A DNA stretch of 64,000 bases. Source: the human T2T-CHM13v2.0 reference genome, Homo sapiens. Below are positions 17,357 through 29,949 of this stretch, piece after piece; position 1 is the stretch's first letter; every line of letters starts with the position of its first letter. A model generated the notes under the pieces. The model saw nothing but the letters and a program-made list of their open reading frames with translations, did not search any database and had not been told where the DNA came from. The stretch is taken from positions 28,992,001 to 29,056,000 of the forward strand of contig CP068257.2 in the NCBI GenBank assembly GCA_009914755.4. Direction: 5' to 3'. The translations under genes and the position numbers were made by a program.

Positions 17357-17743
17357 GTATTTGCTACTAAGTTTTATAGCGATAACATCACAGCTGTGTT
17401 GATTAAGATTTAAATATGCATATAAGAAGAAGGGTATTATTAGCAAAGTGATCGGAAGAGGATGGCATTTGCCTCCTCCACGTGATGTCATCCAACATAG
17501 CTACAAAGGTTAAATTCGGCATCAGTGTGAGTAAGGTCATGGAACTCAGTATTTTTTTTTCCTTTAAAGTCTATCAGCTGTTTGGCAGGATCATAACATA
17601 CTGAGAAGAAAATCTCAATTTTATCAGGATAGGGAGTCTTTTTTTAAAATCTAAAGATACAAGATTAATGAGATTTTTAAATACAGGTTGGTCTATATGA
17701 CAATGTCAGGAGTGCCTGTGGTTTGTCACACCTCCACTGAGAC

Positions 17744-17752
17744 TGATAAAAG
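17744..17752 (+). promoter_or_regulatory. Degenerate TATA-like motif (TGATAAAAG) at the position homologous to the KRTAP20-2 TATA box
   Basis: ccactgagacTGATAAAAGaccc aligns with ccactgagggtgTATATAAAAggac of the 10.1 kb copy. Confidence 0.35.
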
Positions 17753-17826
17753 ACCCAGTATTTTAGTGTTTTTATGCACTAAAACTTATGCTGGCCTCTC
17801 AGGCTAGAGACTTAAATCCTGACACA

Positions 17827-17961
17827 ATGAGCTACTATGGCAACTACTACGGAGGACTGGGCTATGGCTATGACTGTAAATATAGTTATACCTCTGGCTT
17901 TGGTGCCTTTAGAATCCTGGACTGTGGCTACAGATGTGGCTGTGGTGGGGTATGGATTTGA
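17827..17961 (+). CDS. KRTAP20-family short ORF (44 aa; KRTAP20-3/20-4-like), possibly C-terminally frameshifted
   Basis: The ORF is MSYYGNYYGGLGYGYDCKYSYTSGFGAFRILDCGYRCGCGGVWI*. At 44 aa it falls below the 60-aa cutoff of the ORF track. The N-terminus is paralogous to KRTAP20-2, and the upstream 130 bp aligns with its promoter. From memory this resembles the annotated 44-aa putative KRTAP20-4, or KRTAP20-3. An Alu lies about 150 bp downstream at 18115. Confidence 0.65.
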   Translation: MSYYGNYYGGLGYGYDCKYSYTSGFGAFRILDCGYRCGCGGVWI

Positions 17962-18114
17962 CTGCTGCCACCAATATGATTATGCTACATGCTTATTATC
18001 AGGCACTGACTGAATAATATCTACAATTGGGTCCATTTTCTTATGAGACAGGGGTGCTGTTCTACTACACTTTTTTTAATTTGTTTAACCCAATTAGAAT
18101 TCTTAATGATTCCC

Positions 18115-18392
18115 TATAATCCCAGCACTTTAGGAGGCCGAGGCGGGTGGATCACCTGGGGTTAGGAGTTCGAGACCAGCCTGGCCAACATGGCAAAATC
18201 CCATCTCTACTAAAAGTTAAAAAAATAGCCAGGTGTGGTGGTGGGTGCCTGTAGCCCCAGCTACTGGGGAGGCTGAGGCAGGAGGATCACTTGAACCCAA
18301 AGGCAGAGGTTGCAGTCAGCCGAGATGGCACCACTGCACTCCAGCCTGAGCAACAAAATGAGATTCCATCTCAAAAAAACAAAAATAATGCT
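18115..18392 (+). mobile_element. Alu, slightly 5'-truncated, with an A-rich tail
   Basis: taatcccagcactttaggaggccgaggcgggtggatcacctg...gagattccatctcaaaaaaacaaaaataatg. Confidence 0.85.
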
Positions 18393-19099
18393 TAGTTATT
18401 CAATCTAATTCTAGGCAAAGAACACACATCATTAAATTCACACTAAATCCACATCAGTGCCCCAGATTAACTACATTTTTCTCTTCCAAACTGATGTGTT
18501 TTCATAATTTACCAAGCAAATTACTTTTTGATATGTTTCAGGAGTAGGGAGCTCTAGGTTTATTTTTAATTAAACTTACTTTGGCCAGGCCAATGTCATT
18601 CATTTTTTAAATTTATTAATTACTCACTTGTTTAATAAGTCCTCATTAAGTAATTTCTATATAGGGCTTCCTGTTAAGTCTTAGTGTTACTTATGGGAGA
18701 AGAGTTTTTAAGCAGAAAAACAAATGTTTAAATAAACATGTATGCTACAACATGATAGGTGATGTAATAGCCACGTAGGAACACAGAGGAGAAGCTCATG
18801 TTTGGATGCAAAAGAGCGAGATTGTAGAGCAAACAGATCAAAAATATTCTCATTGAAGGTTACATTTGAATAAATTTTTAACCAACGAAAAATACATTGG
18901 AGGTAAAGTGTATGCCAGGCAGGGGAAACAAATATGCAAAGCCATGAAAAAAGTATTGCACTGCAAAGTCATAAATTGATGTTATTTCTTGAGAGAACAG
19001 TGGGCAAAGTCACTGGCAGGAAATGAAGCCCTGGGCAGTGAAGAGAAACTAGAACATCAAGGCCATATATATTTTGCAATGGGTGTACTGGATAATGTT

Positions 19100-19445
19100 T
19101 TATAAAGTTGTAATATTTTCCTTTACCTGGATGAGATTGGAAACTATTATTCTAAGTGAAGTAACTCAGGAATGGAAAACCAAACATCGTATGTTCTCAC
19201 TGATATGTGGGAGCTAAACTATGAGGATGCAAAAGTATAAGAATGATACAATGGACTTTGGGAATGTGGGGGGAAGGGTGAGAAGGAGGTGAGGGATAAA
19301 AGACTACAAATATGGTGCAGTGTATACTGCTTGGGTGACAGGTGCACCAAAATCTCACAAATCACCACTAAAGAACCTACTCATGTAATCAAATACCAAC
19401 TGTACCCCAATAACTCATGGAAAAATAAAATAAAAATAAGAAGCG
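19100..19445 (+). mobile_element. L1 3' end fragment of an older L1P subfamily
   Basis: ggaaactattattctaagtgaagtaactcagg...catcgtatgttctcactgatatgtgggagctaaactatgaggatgc...ggaaaaataaaataaaaataa has the structure of an L1 ORF2 end plus 3' UTR. Confidence 0.5.
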
Positions 19446-19940
19446 CATGTTTTATACAAATAATTATGGCATCCAATTGAAGGAAAGGTGGCCAAGGAGT
19501 ATGACCACAGACCAAACGACCATTCTGGAGGCTGTGTAAGCAGCCAATGCAAGGTCTTAATGTAAAAGCGGCAACTAAGATTCCTATGAAGGCCTAGATC
19601 AAATAGATTATTATGGGATAGAAGTTAAAGAACATGCCCATGTGGTATGAGAATGGAGGGGGCTAAGGAATAAAACAGAGCACAAAATAAACAAGGACTT
19701 GAACAGTCAACGACTGACTGTGGAACTAATGGCACATGTGATACGGGAATCGGAACATTTGGGGGACAATCAAAGTGGAGCCGCAAAAGTTTACTCGAGT
19801 ACACGTAAATGTCATCTGTGGGAGGGCCAAATAAAGATTTTTCCTGGCAGGTTGTTACAAAAATCTACAACTCAGGAGAAAACTGAGTTTTAAATATAGA
19901 AAATAATTGGATAAAGTTCGTCGTAACTTCAGAAATACAG

Positions 19941-20323
19941 TGTATTAGTCCGTTCTCACTCTGATCTGAAGAAATATCCAAGACTGGGTAATTTATAAAG
20001 GAAACAGGTTTAATTAACTGACAGTTCTACATACCTGGGGAGGCCTCAGGAAACTTACAATCATGGCAGAAGCGGAAGAAGTCACGTCCTTCTTCACAAG
20101 GCAGCAAGAAGGAGAAGAATGAGCACAAGGGGGAAAATCCCCTTATAAAACCATCAGAAGTCGTGAGAAAGTACTCGCTCTCAGGAGAACAGCAGCATGA
20201 GGGTAACCACCCCATGATTCAATTACCTCTCTCTGGGTCCCTCCCATGCCACCTGAGGATTATGGGAACTGCAATTCAAGATGAGATTTGGGGAGGGGGA
20301 ACAAGGCCAAACCATATCATAGA
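19941..20323 (-). mobile_element. MaLR LTR (THE1/MST type), antisense
   Basis: tgtattagtccgttctcact...ccaagactgggtaatttataaagg...ggaggcctcaggaaacttacaatcatggcaga...ccaaaccatatca is the reverse complement of the THE1/MST LTR. Confidence 0.65.
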
Positions 20324-22530
20324 GTATTCCAATAATTATAGGTGAATTAAAAAAAAAGGTGTTTGCAAATCAGGGAAGGAGCAGATAAAAGTTAAAAAGG
20401 AAATGAAAAGGGAGTCATGGCAGGAAAATCAAGGGCCCACCAACTTTCTGGGAAGAGAAACTTCTTAATCTTCCTCTCTTCAAACATGGATTTTTTCAGA
20501 AAGGATTTCTAGAGTAATAACGTAAATTCTGACGCTGAGCTAGATGCTGACAATTACACGGTCAGTAGTATTGGCATGTTCCCTGCCTTCACAAAGGTTA
20601 ACATCAAGAGGGGTTGACAAAATATCATAAATGCAATCACAGTAAAGCAACAGAGGCCTTAGTGCTTAGGTATGGGAGAGTCTCTCCAGTCCTCCATGTG
20701 TTGGTATGGACCCTAAACTCCATCCACATGATTGCCATGGGAGCAGCAATTTTGAGTATGATCTTCATGCCCTGACAGGAGTTGATGGGTCCAGATATGG
20801 CCATTTGAACAAAATGAAGCAGAAAATTCCCAGAATTTGCAAACAAAAGCCAATATGTTTTCTACCTGATGAAGCTTTAAGGTCTAACCCTTGTGATCTA
20901 TTAGAATAGTAGCTATGTGCTTCTCCTTGTAGAATGCCCATTTGAAGTTTATTATAAGGTACCTGCTTATGTTTTCTGCTGAAGAATTCTATGTATGTGC
21001 TACTCAGAGTTGGATCACAGAAAATCTTTTTTAACTTTTGTACACTGGCCATGTCAGAGATATTCCATCAAGTCTAAGATGTAAGATGTTCAGCATCCTA
21101 AAATAAACAGATGAGTGAGCTTGAAAACCATCACTGCTCTCCAGACCTACACAATGATCACAAATGCTGTGCTCTGTTCATTCATTATACACTTGTTTAC
21201 TGCAGAGTTACCAACTCTCAAGCTGGTTTGCTTTGTATGGGAGTGGATAGAACATCGTTATAATTGAGTTATTATGCAGTATCCAGAAACCATACTTAGT
21301 AAATTGTGGCAGGAAGCTTAAAATTTTCTGATAGTTTAGAAATATAGCACCATGAGATATCAGAGGGGTCATTTTCTCTAAAGTTGTGATAGTGATAACA
21401 GGTTAAGAAAAGACTGTGAAGAAATTACTCTAATACATGACAGTCTGGAGCAAAATTTCTGGTTTGGTAGCAAAAGGCAATTGCAAAAATTACACCTTAA
21501 CAAGGTTGAAAGGAAAAATATTGACGGGGAAAACCCAGAACGCTGAGTTCTTCCAGTCTCTTTTAAGAGCCTTAAAACCCTTAACACCTGTGGGATTGAA
21601 TCATGTTTGGCTCCTAAACAGAGAGATTTTACTCCAATTCCCTGTACGGACCAAAGTGGTCAGTAGATCTATAGCTCTAAAAGGAACAACAGCTCAAAAC
21701 TTAAAACATTAAATAAAACATTTACTTATATCTATATGTCTGTATCTGTTTATGAAATATATACATTTATATATATATATCGAGAGAGAAATATGGTAGA
21801 TAATTAAGTATCCAGTCATCTGGATGGGATGGGGTAGGAAGATGATGTGTAGTGTTGGATTGGTAGGTGGAGATGAGAGAGGGTAAATTGGTAAGCAAAA
21901 GGTAAGCAATTTAAGAAGACAGAAACTTAACTGAAAAAAATTCCAGAACAATGAATATATCGTGTATATGTTTACATTTATTATGTCATATATAGTACAC
22001 ATAGAGACTGCATCTATTTACTTACAGCATATCCAAAATACATACCAAGATAAAAAGGGCAAGGGCCTCATATGTGTAATGCAATTCTTTTTTGTCTGAA
22101 ACAACAAACTCCAAACCCCCATATGTGTGTATGCATGGGTGGAGATAAAATTGCATATGTATGTATGAGGAAGTAGAAAGTAATGGAAGGTCATTTGAAG
22201 GGAATGCCTGTGGGCAGCAGCATGAGACATAACTAACACCATCTTTGTGCATATTTGTATTGCTTTACTTATTATTACAGATGTGCATTATTTTCTGAAT
22301 AAAGAAAACATCAAATGAATGAAAAATTTGAAAATAAAGGGATGCTTTAAATTTGAAAACTAAAGGGATGCTTTAGATAATGGAAAACTTAATCATGAAC
22401 CTATGGAATTGGGGAAAGCTCTAGGGAACATAACTTTATTAACTTTTGCTTGATCTACAATGTATTTGTCAATTTTTACTGTAAAAATTGTTAGTATTTG
22501 CTTAGAAACAGTTGACACTTTTTAATATTT

Positions 22531-22664
22531 ATTTACATTTGGTGTACCTTTTTGACATATCCTGAAGAGAAGGGCTACTTGCTCATAGCACTCCAAACAA
22601 CAGCAGATGATAGTCATAAAATCCAAACAAATGAGGTAATGTAAAATGTAATGACAATGTAAGC
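22531..22664 (-). repeat. Unclassified ~134-bp MITE-like element, copy 1, TA-flanked
   Basis: Its reverse complement is about 94% identical to 24279-24412. Both copies are bounded by TA dinucleotides and carry short imperfect terminal inverted repeats (cattgtcat ... accaaatg). Confidence 0.4.
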
Positions 22665-24278
22665 ATAAGTTTTCCACAAGCATACCAGATCTTATTCTCA
22701 AGAGAGATTTCCTGCCTTTGTTAGCACCTACTTCCACCATGCCACATTGGTATATAATTAGGACCAAGATTATTTCAGGAAACATAACACAATAATTTGC
22801 ATTTATATACAGCTACCCAGAAACAAAGTGTAATGCTGTTTAAAACCCTCAAGAGTTGAGCAATGTTATTAGTCAGGCAGAATGGCAGTTTTATTTACTT
22901 GCTAAGCCAATTCCATATTATGAAGAACTAATGACTAGAGTTGATACATACTTTATTAGTTTGTTTCTGAAAACTCTGCTAGAGCCAAAAGAAGGAATAT
23001 AGGAAGAGCTCTGAGCATCAAATAGGAGAAATAAACCTCCAGAGATCATCAGCTGACTTAATTCAGTGAAGACTCCCTTAACAGTTGCAGAAAACTGCAC
23101 ATGCATTTAATTGCATGCTAGGTGCTTTGTTGCGGAGATCTTTACAGATTATCCTTGGTAGAACGTCTTTACTATAGAAAATTGTTAGGGAGAACTACTT
23201 AAATAGGTTTCTGGTTGCCATAATAATCAGTAGTCGGTTTACTCCTTTTAAAAAATAGTCCTGATATACGACAGCACAATAGTTTTCACAGTATAAACAA
23301 ATCAAGCAAGCATCATTCATTTGTTCAGACAAATATTTATTGAGTGTGGTCTCTGTGCATAGTCTCAGTACCTACATGGTTTAAGCACAATGGTCTTAGT
23401 ATCTACAATTATTCTTGTTATTGTGAGTTATGTTTGCTCTCGCCAGGTTTGGTTCCTCTATAAAATATAAGTAACATGAACAAAGAATATATCTATATTT
23501 AATTTTTTATTTTAAAAATAAAAATGATATGAATAGGCTTCTGTGGAATTAACCATGGTATCAAAAAAGAAGTTATATAGTGAAAACCTACAACATTCTT
23601 ATTGCTATAGGAAAAACATATATTTGGGGACTGAATTCTAGCGACCTACAACCCATTTGGACAATTTTAGCACAAAATAGAAAATATACTTCAAAATGGC
23701 ATATAGTATAACATAAAGATAAGTGTGAAATGCTGTAATATATTACAGAACATAACTATCACAGAAGTTCGGAGGAAGGAAAAAATCAATGAAAGCTAGA
23801 AAGGAGTATGATGCTTCATAGACGGGATGGGGAAACCTGAAGCATAATTAGAGAAATGAGAATGGTTTAGATTAAAAGAGGGCTGAAACAACCAATGTGT
23901 GCAGCGAAATACACTGCATCACCTCTGCATACTTGCCAAAGTATCAAGCTTGCCTTAAACCAAGACTTACAATCTAACCTACTATTTACAGAAAATAAAG
24001 GAGTTACAAGAGGAACAAGTTAAACATCATGAGTAAACAACTAAACAAATAAAGAATGTGCCTTATTCTAGAAGGCAACTGGTCTAATTTTTTCAGCAAG
24101 CCAATGGCATATAAAGGCAGAGCTGTTCTGAATTTGAAGAGACTTAAAATGTATAACAACTAAATGCAATGTGTGGAACTTATTTGAATCGTGAGTTTAA
24201 AAACAGAGGGGAACTTCCTCAAGTTGATAAAGAAAAAATAGCTACAAGAAACCTACAGCTAACATCATATTTAATGTT

Positions 24279-24412
24279 ACATTGTCATTACATTTTACAT
24301 TACCTTATTTGTTTGTTTGGATTTTATGACTATCATCTGCTATTGTTTGGAATGCTGTAAGCAAGTAGCCCTTCTCTTCAGGATATGTCAAAAAGGTATA
24401 CCAAATGTAAAT
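24279..24412 (+). repeat. Unclassified ~134-bp MITE-like element, copy 2, TA-flanked, inserted inside L1M ORF2
   Basis: acattgtcattacattttacattacc...caaaaaggtataccaaatg interrupts the L1 ORF2 sequence between ..atatttaatgt TA and TA aatgtagtgagaaactcaaag. Confidence 0.4.
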
Positions 24413-25222
24413 GTAGTGAGAAACTCAAAGATTTCACACTAAAATCAGGAATAAGTCAAAGCTGTTCCCTCTTATCACAACTTTTCAAATGTATGTCCTA
24501 GCTAATGCCATTAAACAAGAAAAAGAAATAAAGACATACTGATAGGAAAGGAAAAAATAAAACTGCCTTTCTTCACAAGATCATTTATGTAGGAAATCCA
24601 AAAGAATCAACAAGAAAACCTCTGGAATTAATAAACAGTTATAGCAAGATTGTAAAATACCACACTAATATGCAAAAGTAAACTGCTTTCCTATATGCAA
24701 GCAACAAACAAGTAGAATTTGAAATTTTAAAAGAGAAGGACCCTACTATTTACTTTAGCACCCCCAAAAATGAAATGCTTAAGTGTAACTCTAAAAAAAT
24801 ATATACCAATCTAAGTGAGTAAAAGTCCAAAACTCTGCTGAAAAAAAAATCAAACAAAAACTAAATAAATGGAGAGATATTCCATGTTCATATATGAGAA
24901 GACTCGATGTTGTCAAGCTGTCAGTTCTTCCCAACTTTATAGATTCAATGTAATCACAATCAAATTCCAACAATTATTTTCTGGATATCAACGAATTGAT
25001 TATTAAGTTATATGGAGAAGCAAAAGACCCTGAGTAACCAACTCAATATTGAAAATAAAGAACAAAGTCAGAGAACTGACACTACATGACTTTAAGACTT
25101 ACTACAAAGCTGCAGTAATCAAGACAGTGAAGAAACAAACAGGTCAATGAAACAGAACAGAGAACCCAGAAGTAGATGAACATAAATATAGTCAACTTTC
25201 TTTAACAAAGAAGCAAAAGTAA

Positions 25223-25545
<323 letters not shown>

Positions 25546-27029
25546 AACCAGTGATAGATCATCTTTTTAACAAATGGTGCTGGAACAACTGGACATTTGT
25601 ATGCAAAAACATAAGTTTAGACACAGACCTTATAAACTTCACAAAAATTAACTCAAAATGGGTCATGGGACAAAATAACATGCAAAACTATAAAACTGCT
25701 AGAATATAACATAGGAGAAAATCTAGATGGCCTGGAGTTTGACAATGCCTTTTTAGTTATGAAACCAAAGGCATAATCTAAGAAAGTAAAATTTGATAAG
25801 CTAGACTTACTTAAAATTAAAAAAAAGTTTTTTCTGCAAAAGACACTATAAAGAGAATGAAAAGACAAGCCACAGACTGGGAAAGAAGTCTTTGCAAAAG
25901 ACTTACGTGATAACGTACTATTATCCAAAATATACAGGAAATTATTAGGACTCAACAATAAGAGACTAAACAACCTGATTTTAAAAGTGAGCCAAGACTT
26001 TAACAAACACCTCACTAAAGAAGATTTACAAATGGCAAAGAAGCAGATGAAAAAAATGCTCCATATCATATGTCATAAGGATAATGCCAATTAAAGCAGC
26101 AAAAAAGATACTGCTACACACCTATTGGAAAGGTTGAAACACAGAACACCAACAAAACTAAACCCTGACGGAAATGAGGAGCAACAGGAAGGTTCATTCA
26201 TTGCTGGTGAGAATTCAAACTGATATAGCAACTTCATAAGACACTCTGGCAGTTTTTTATATAACTAAATATACCCTTATTTTATGATCCAGCAATTGCA
26301 CTCCTTGTTATTTACCCAAATGAGTTGAAAACATGTCCACACCAAAACCTACACATAGATGTTTGTGGTAGCTTTATTCATAGTTGCCAAAACTTGGAAG
26401 CAACCAAAATGTCTTTTAGTGGGCGAATTGATAAATAAAACAGTGGAACATTCAGACAGTGGAGTATTATTCAACACACAAATGAAATGAGAGCCATGAA
26501 GAGACATGGAGGAAACTTACATTCATATTACTAAGTAAAAGAAGCCAATATAAAAAAGTTGTAAACTGTATGTTTCCAACTATATGGCATTCTCATAAAG
26601 GAAGAACATAAAGGAAGAACAGAGAAGAGAGAGAGATAAATAGGTGGAGGACAAAGGATTTTTTAGAACACTGAAAATACTCAGTATATTAATATAATGG
26701 TTGATACATTTGTCAAAGTTTATAGAATGTGCAAGAGCACAGGTGAACGCTTATGTTAAATATGGACATTAGATGATAATGATGTATCCATGTAGGTTCA
26801 TGGAGTGCCACAAATGTACATCTGGTTGAAGGCATGAGGGAGGCTTTGCATGTATTAGGGCAAGAGATATTTAGGAAATTGTGTATTTCCTCCTCAATTT
26901 TATAGTGAATTAAATCTGCTTTAAAAAATGGACTTGTAAACACAACTAAAACAACTTTTTAAAATAATTAGGAATTTTTAACTACTTCATTAGGGATGTA
27001 AAGAAAATATTAATGTTACCAGCAAACTG

Positions 27030-27292
27030 TCACAAGGACAAAAATCAAACACCGCATGTTCTCACTCAGAGGTGGGAATTGAACAATGGGAACACTTGGA
27101 CAGAGGAAGGGGAACATCACACACCGGGGCGTGTCATGGGGTGGGGGGAGGGAGGAGGGATGGCATTAAGAGATATACCTAATGTAAATGATGAGTTAAT
27201 GGGTGCAGCACACCAAAATGACACATGCATACATTTGTAACAAACCTGCACATTGTGCACATGTACCCTAGAACTTAAAGTATAATAAAAAA
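27030..27292 (+). mobile_element. L1PA 3' end fragment (about 260 bp), sense
   Basis: caaacaccgcatgttctcactcagaggtgggaattgaacaatgggaacacttggaca...ccctagaacttaaagtataataaaaaaag. Confidence 0.8.
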
Positions 27293-29949
27293 AGAAAATA
27301 TTAATATTGCTATTATAATAAGAAAATGCCCTTAGTTTTAGAGATGCATAATGAACTATCTCGAAATATGAAATATCACAATATTTGTGATTTATTTTTA
27401 ATATTTCAGAAAAATGATGGTCAAGCATTTCAAAATGCTAATGAGTGTTAAAACAAGGTAGTAAATAAAAAGGAGCATGGTATTCTATTTTTCTGCTAAT
27501 TAAAAGTTTTATAATGAAAAGTTTATAAAGCATAGCAAAAGGAGAGGGCATTCATGAACGAGATAAAATGAGCAACAAGTCATGAGTGGGACTATTCACG
27601 TCCTAGCCACAGATTCATAAAACCTTTACTGAAGCTGAGGATTTGAGAAAAAGATTCACGAGAGCTAAACTGGAAAAGGTAGACATGAGCTATCATTACT
27701 GAAGACCTACATCTGTGAGGATTACATTTCCAAAAAAGACGATGGGGGAAGGTGAATCATCATGGAATTTTGAGCAGTGAGATTTTTCATTTGTTGGGTT
27801 GGCTTGGTTTAATTTTCTTAAAAAGATTAAATAGCTTATGGGTTAGTGAAATGAATCATGAAGAAAAAATACAAAGTAGGAGAAGAATTAAGAGATTGCT
27901 CAAAGGACCTAGTATGTATTTATTGAAGCAGAGGCTAGGGAAATATGAATCAAGAGAAGAATGGAAAGACATCAAAGATAAATTAATGGGGCTCAGACAT
28001 GAGAAGGCATGGGGATAACAAATAAAATGTGGCCATAAATTATTTTGAGATTTCAAGCCATTAACCATTGGAGAAAGAAGGGAGAAGGGTGAGGTCAATT
28101 GTCTGCAGCAAGATCTGGTGCCCATAAATAATGAATCTGATTGTAGACAAATGTGAATGTCCTACTGAACAGGGATTCACTATCAGCCACTTGGCTTTGA
28201 AAATTCTGAAAAAGCCTTCAGTTTTGAAACTCTAAAAAGCATTTTACTCTACTCCCTTTTAATCAAACTTTATGTCAACAAGTAGTATTCAATTCCCTTA
28301 TTGTCTGTCATTGTCCTGTAACTTAGATAAAACTGAGAAATATGTGATAAACCATAAAAAGTAATTTTAATTTGAATATGATTGACCAAACATAAAAATC
28401 CCTTACTGAGCAATCATAACTTATTCTTTCTGGAATTTCAAGTGATTTGAATATCCTCTACAATTGTCCTTTTGAATTTTTTAATATTGTACTTATTTGA
28501 TTAATATACTTACTTCTCTTTATATATTTACTAGCTATACCATGCTCCAATCTGGACCAAAAAGATAAATAGGGCATAACCAAGTCTTTTGCATTTCAGA
28601 GGCAGACATATAAAGAAATGATTGCACATGTGTGTGTTAGTTTTCAAAGAGTGGTGTACATAGTGAAAAACAATTAAAAATTGCTTTATGGGATGTTACG
28701 GTAGGCATTATAGGGGCCTGGCTTTTAAAATATTAGAGGATCTTCTGGCATATAAAGCCTTTAAGAACACTCTAGTCTAATGGTATTCCCTATTTTTGTG
28801 TTTTTAGCATACATATCAACTCGGTAGTCCCTCTAACAGACATGATGAGGATCAAGAGATAGCCTCCATTAAGATCATTATAAACATGTCATATAAATTA
28901 AACTTTATCGACTTATATGTGAAGGTTATGTGGTACACAGTGCTATGGTACATACTTATTGAGAACTCATCCTATCCAGAAAGGCAAATTAGTTATCAGA
29001 ACATTAGGAGAGTTCAATATTAAAACTTTGTAAAAAGGAGAGTTATCCAATTAAACTATGAAGTTAGAAATGTCTTCCCAGAGGAAGTAACCAGTCAAAT
29101 TATAGATGCATATGGCTCCAGGTATTTGGACAAAGATAGAGAAGGCACTTTGGCCAAAGAGAAAAGCCCATTGTAGGTAGGAAATAGTATAATGCTAGAA
29201 AAATTTAAAGTAACTCACTATGGTTACAACAGATGAATGGAATGGAATAGGAGCAGCAGCAGTGGTAGCTGAGCTGGCACAGATTTTTTTTAAAAAGCAG
29301 CAATATAAGCATAAAAAATGGTGCACAGGACAAGCATCATGAAAAGAACACTGAAATCAATGGAGATGCCTAGTCTGGTTTGTGGGAAAAGAAGAAAGAA
29401 AAACAGGGGTGGCTACCACACATACTCACCACATCAGTATGTTTCTATTTCCACTCTTTCACAGCTTCTGAATTTTAGAATCCAAGTATGGACATCGGTT
29501 AACTTATTATTTAATAGTTTTCTGTGTTAACAAAATGATTTTTTATTTTATACTAAAAGTTATAGTCTTTCCTTGAAGAATTTTAATTGTAAGTGTGGCA
29601 TACTCAGTTTTGCATTTTAAAAGAACACTATAACTGCTTGTATGTGTTTATGTGGTGTTATGGTAGACAATACCATAGCTCACAATCTATTTCAATAATC
29701 TACCATAAGGTGACAATAAAAACTAAGCTAATGTCTTTGAGGACATAGAATTTATTGGACTTGAATGACAGTGCATTCTCTCATTTAGGTAATATAGGTG
29801 AAGAAAGTGCTAATTTGAGAGTATTTGGGAGACAGAAAAATGCTGAGATGGAAAGTTAACTTTTGAATACATTGAGTTTGAAGTACTTATATATCTAAAT
29901 AGATTTATCAAGAAAGCATTTCCAAGTGATGTCAGCAGGAATGGCAGAA

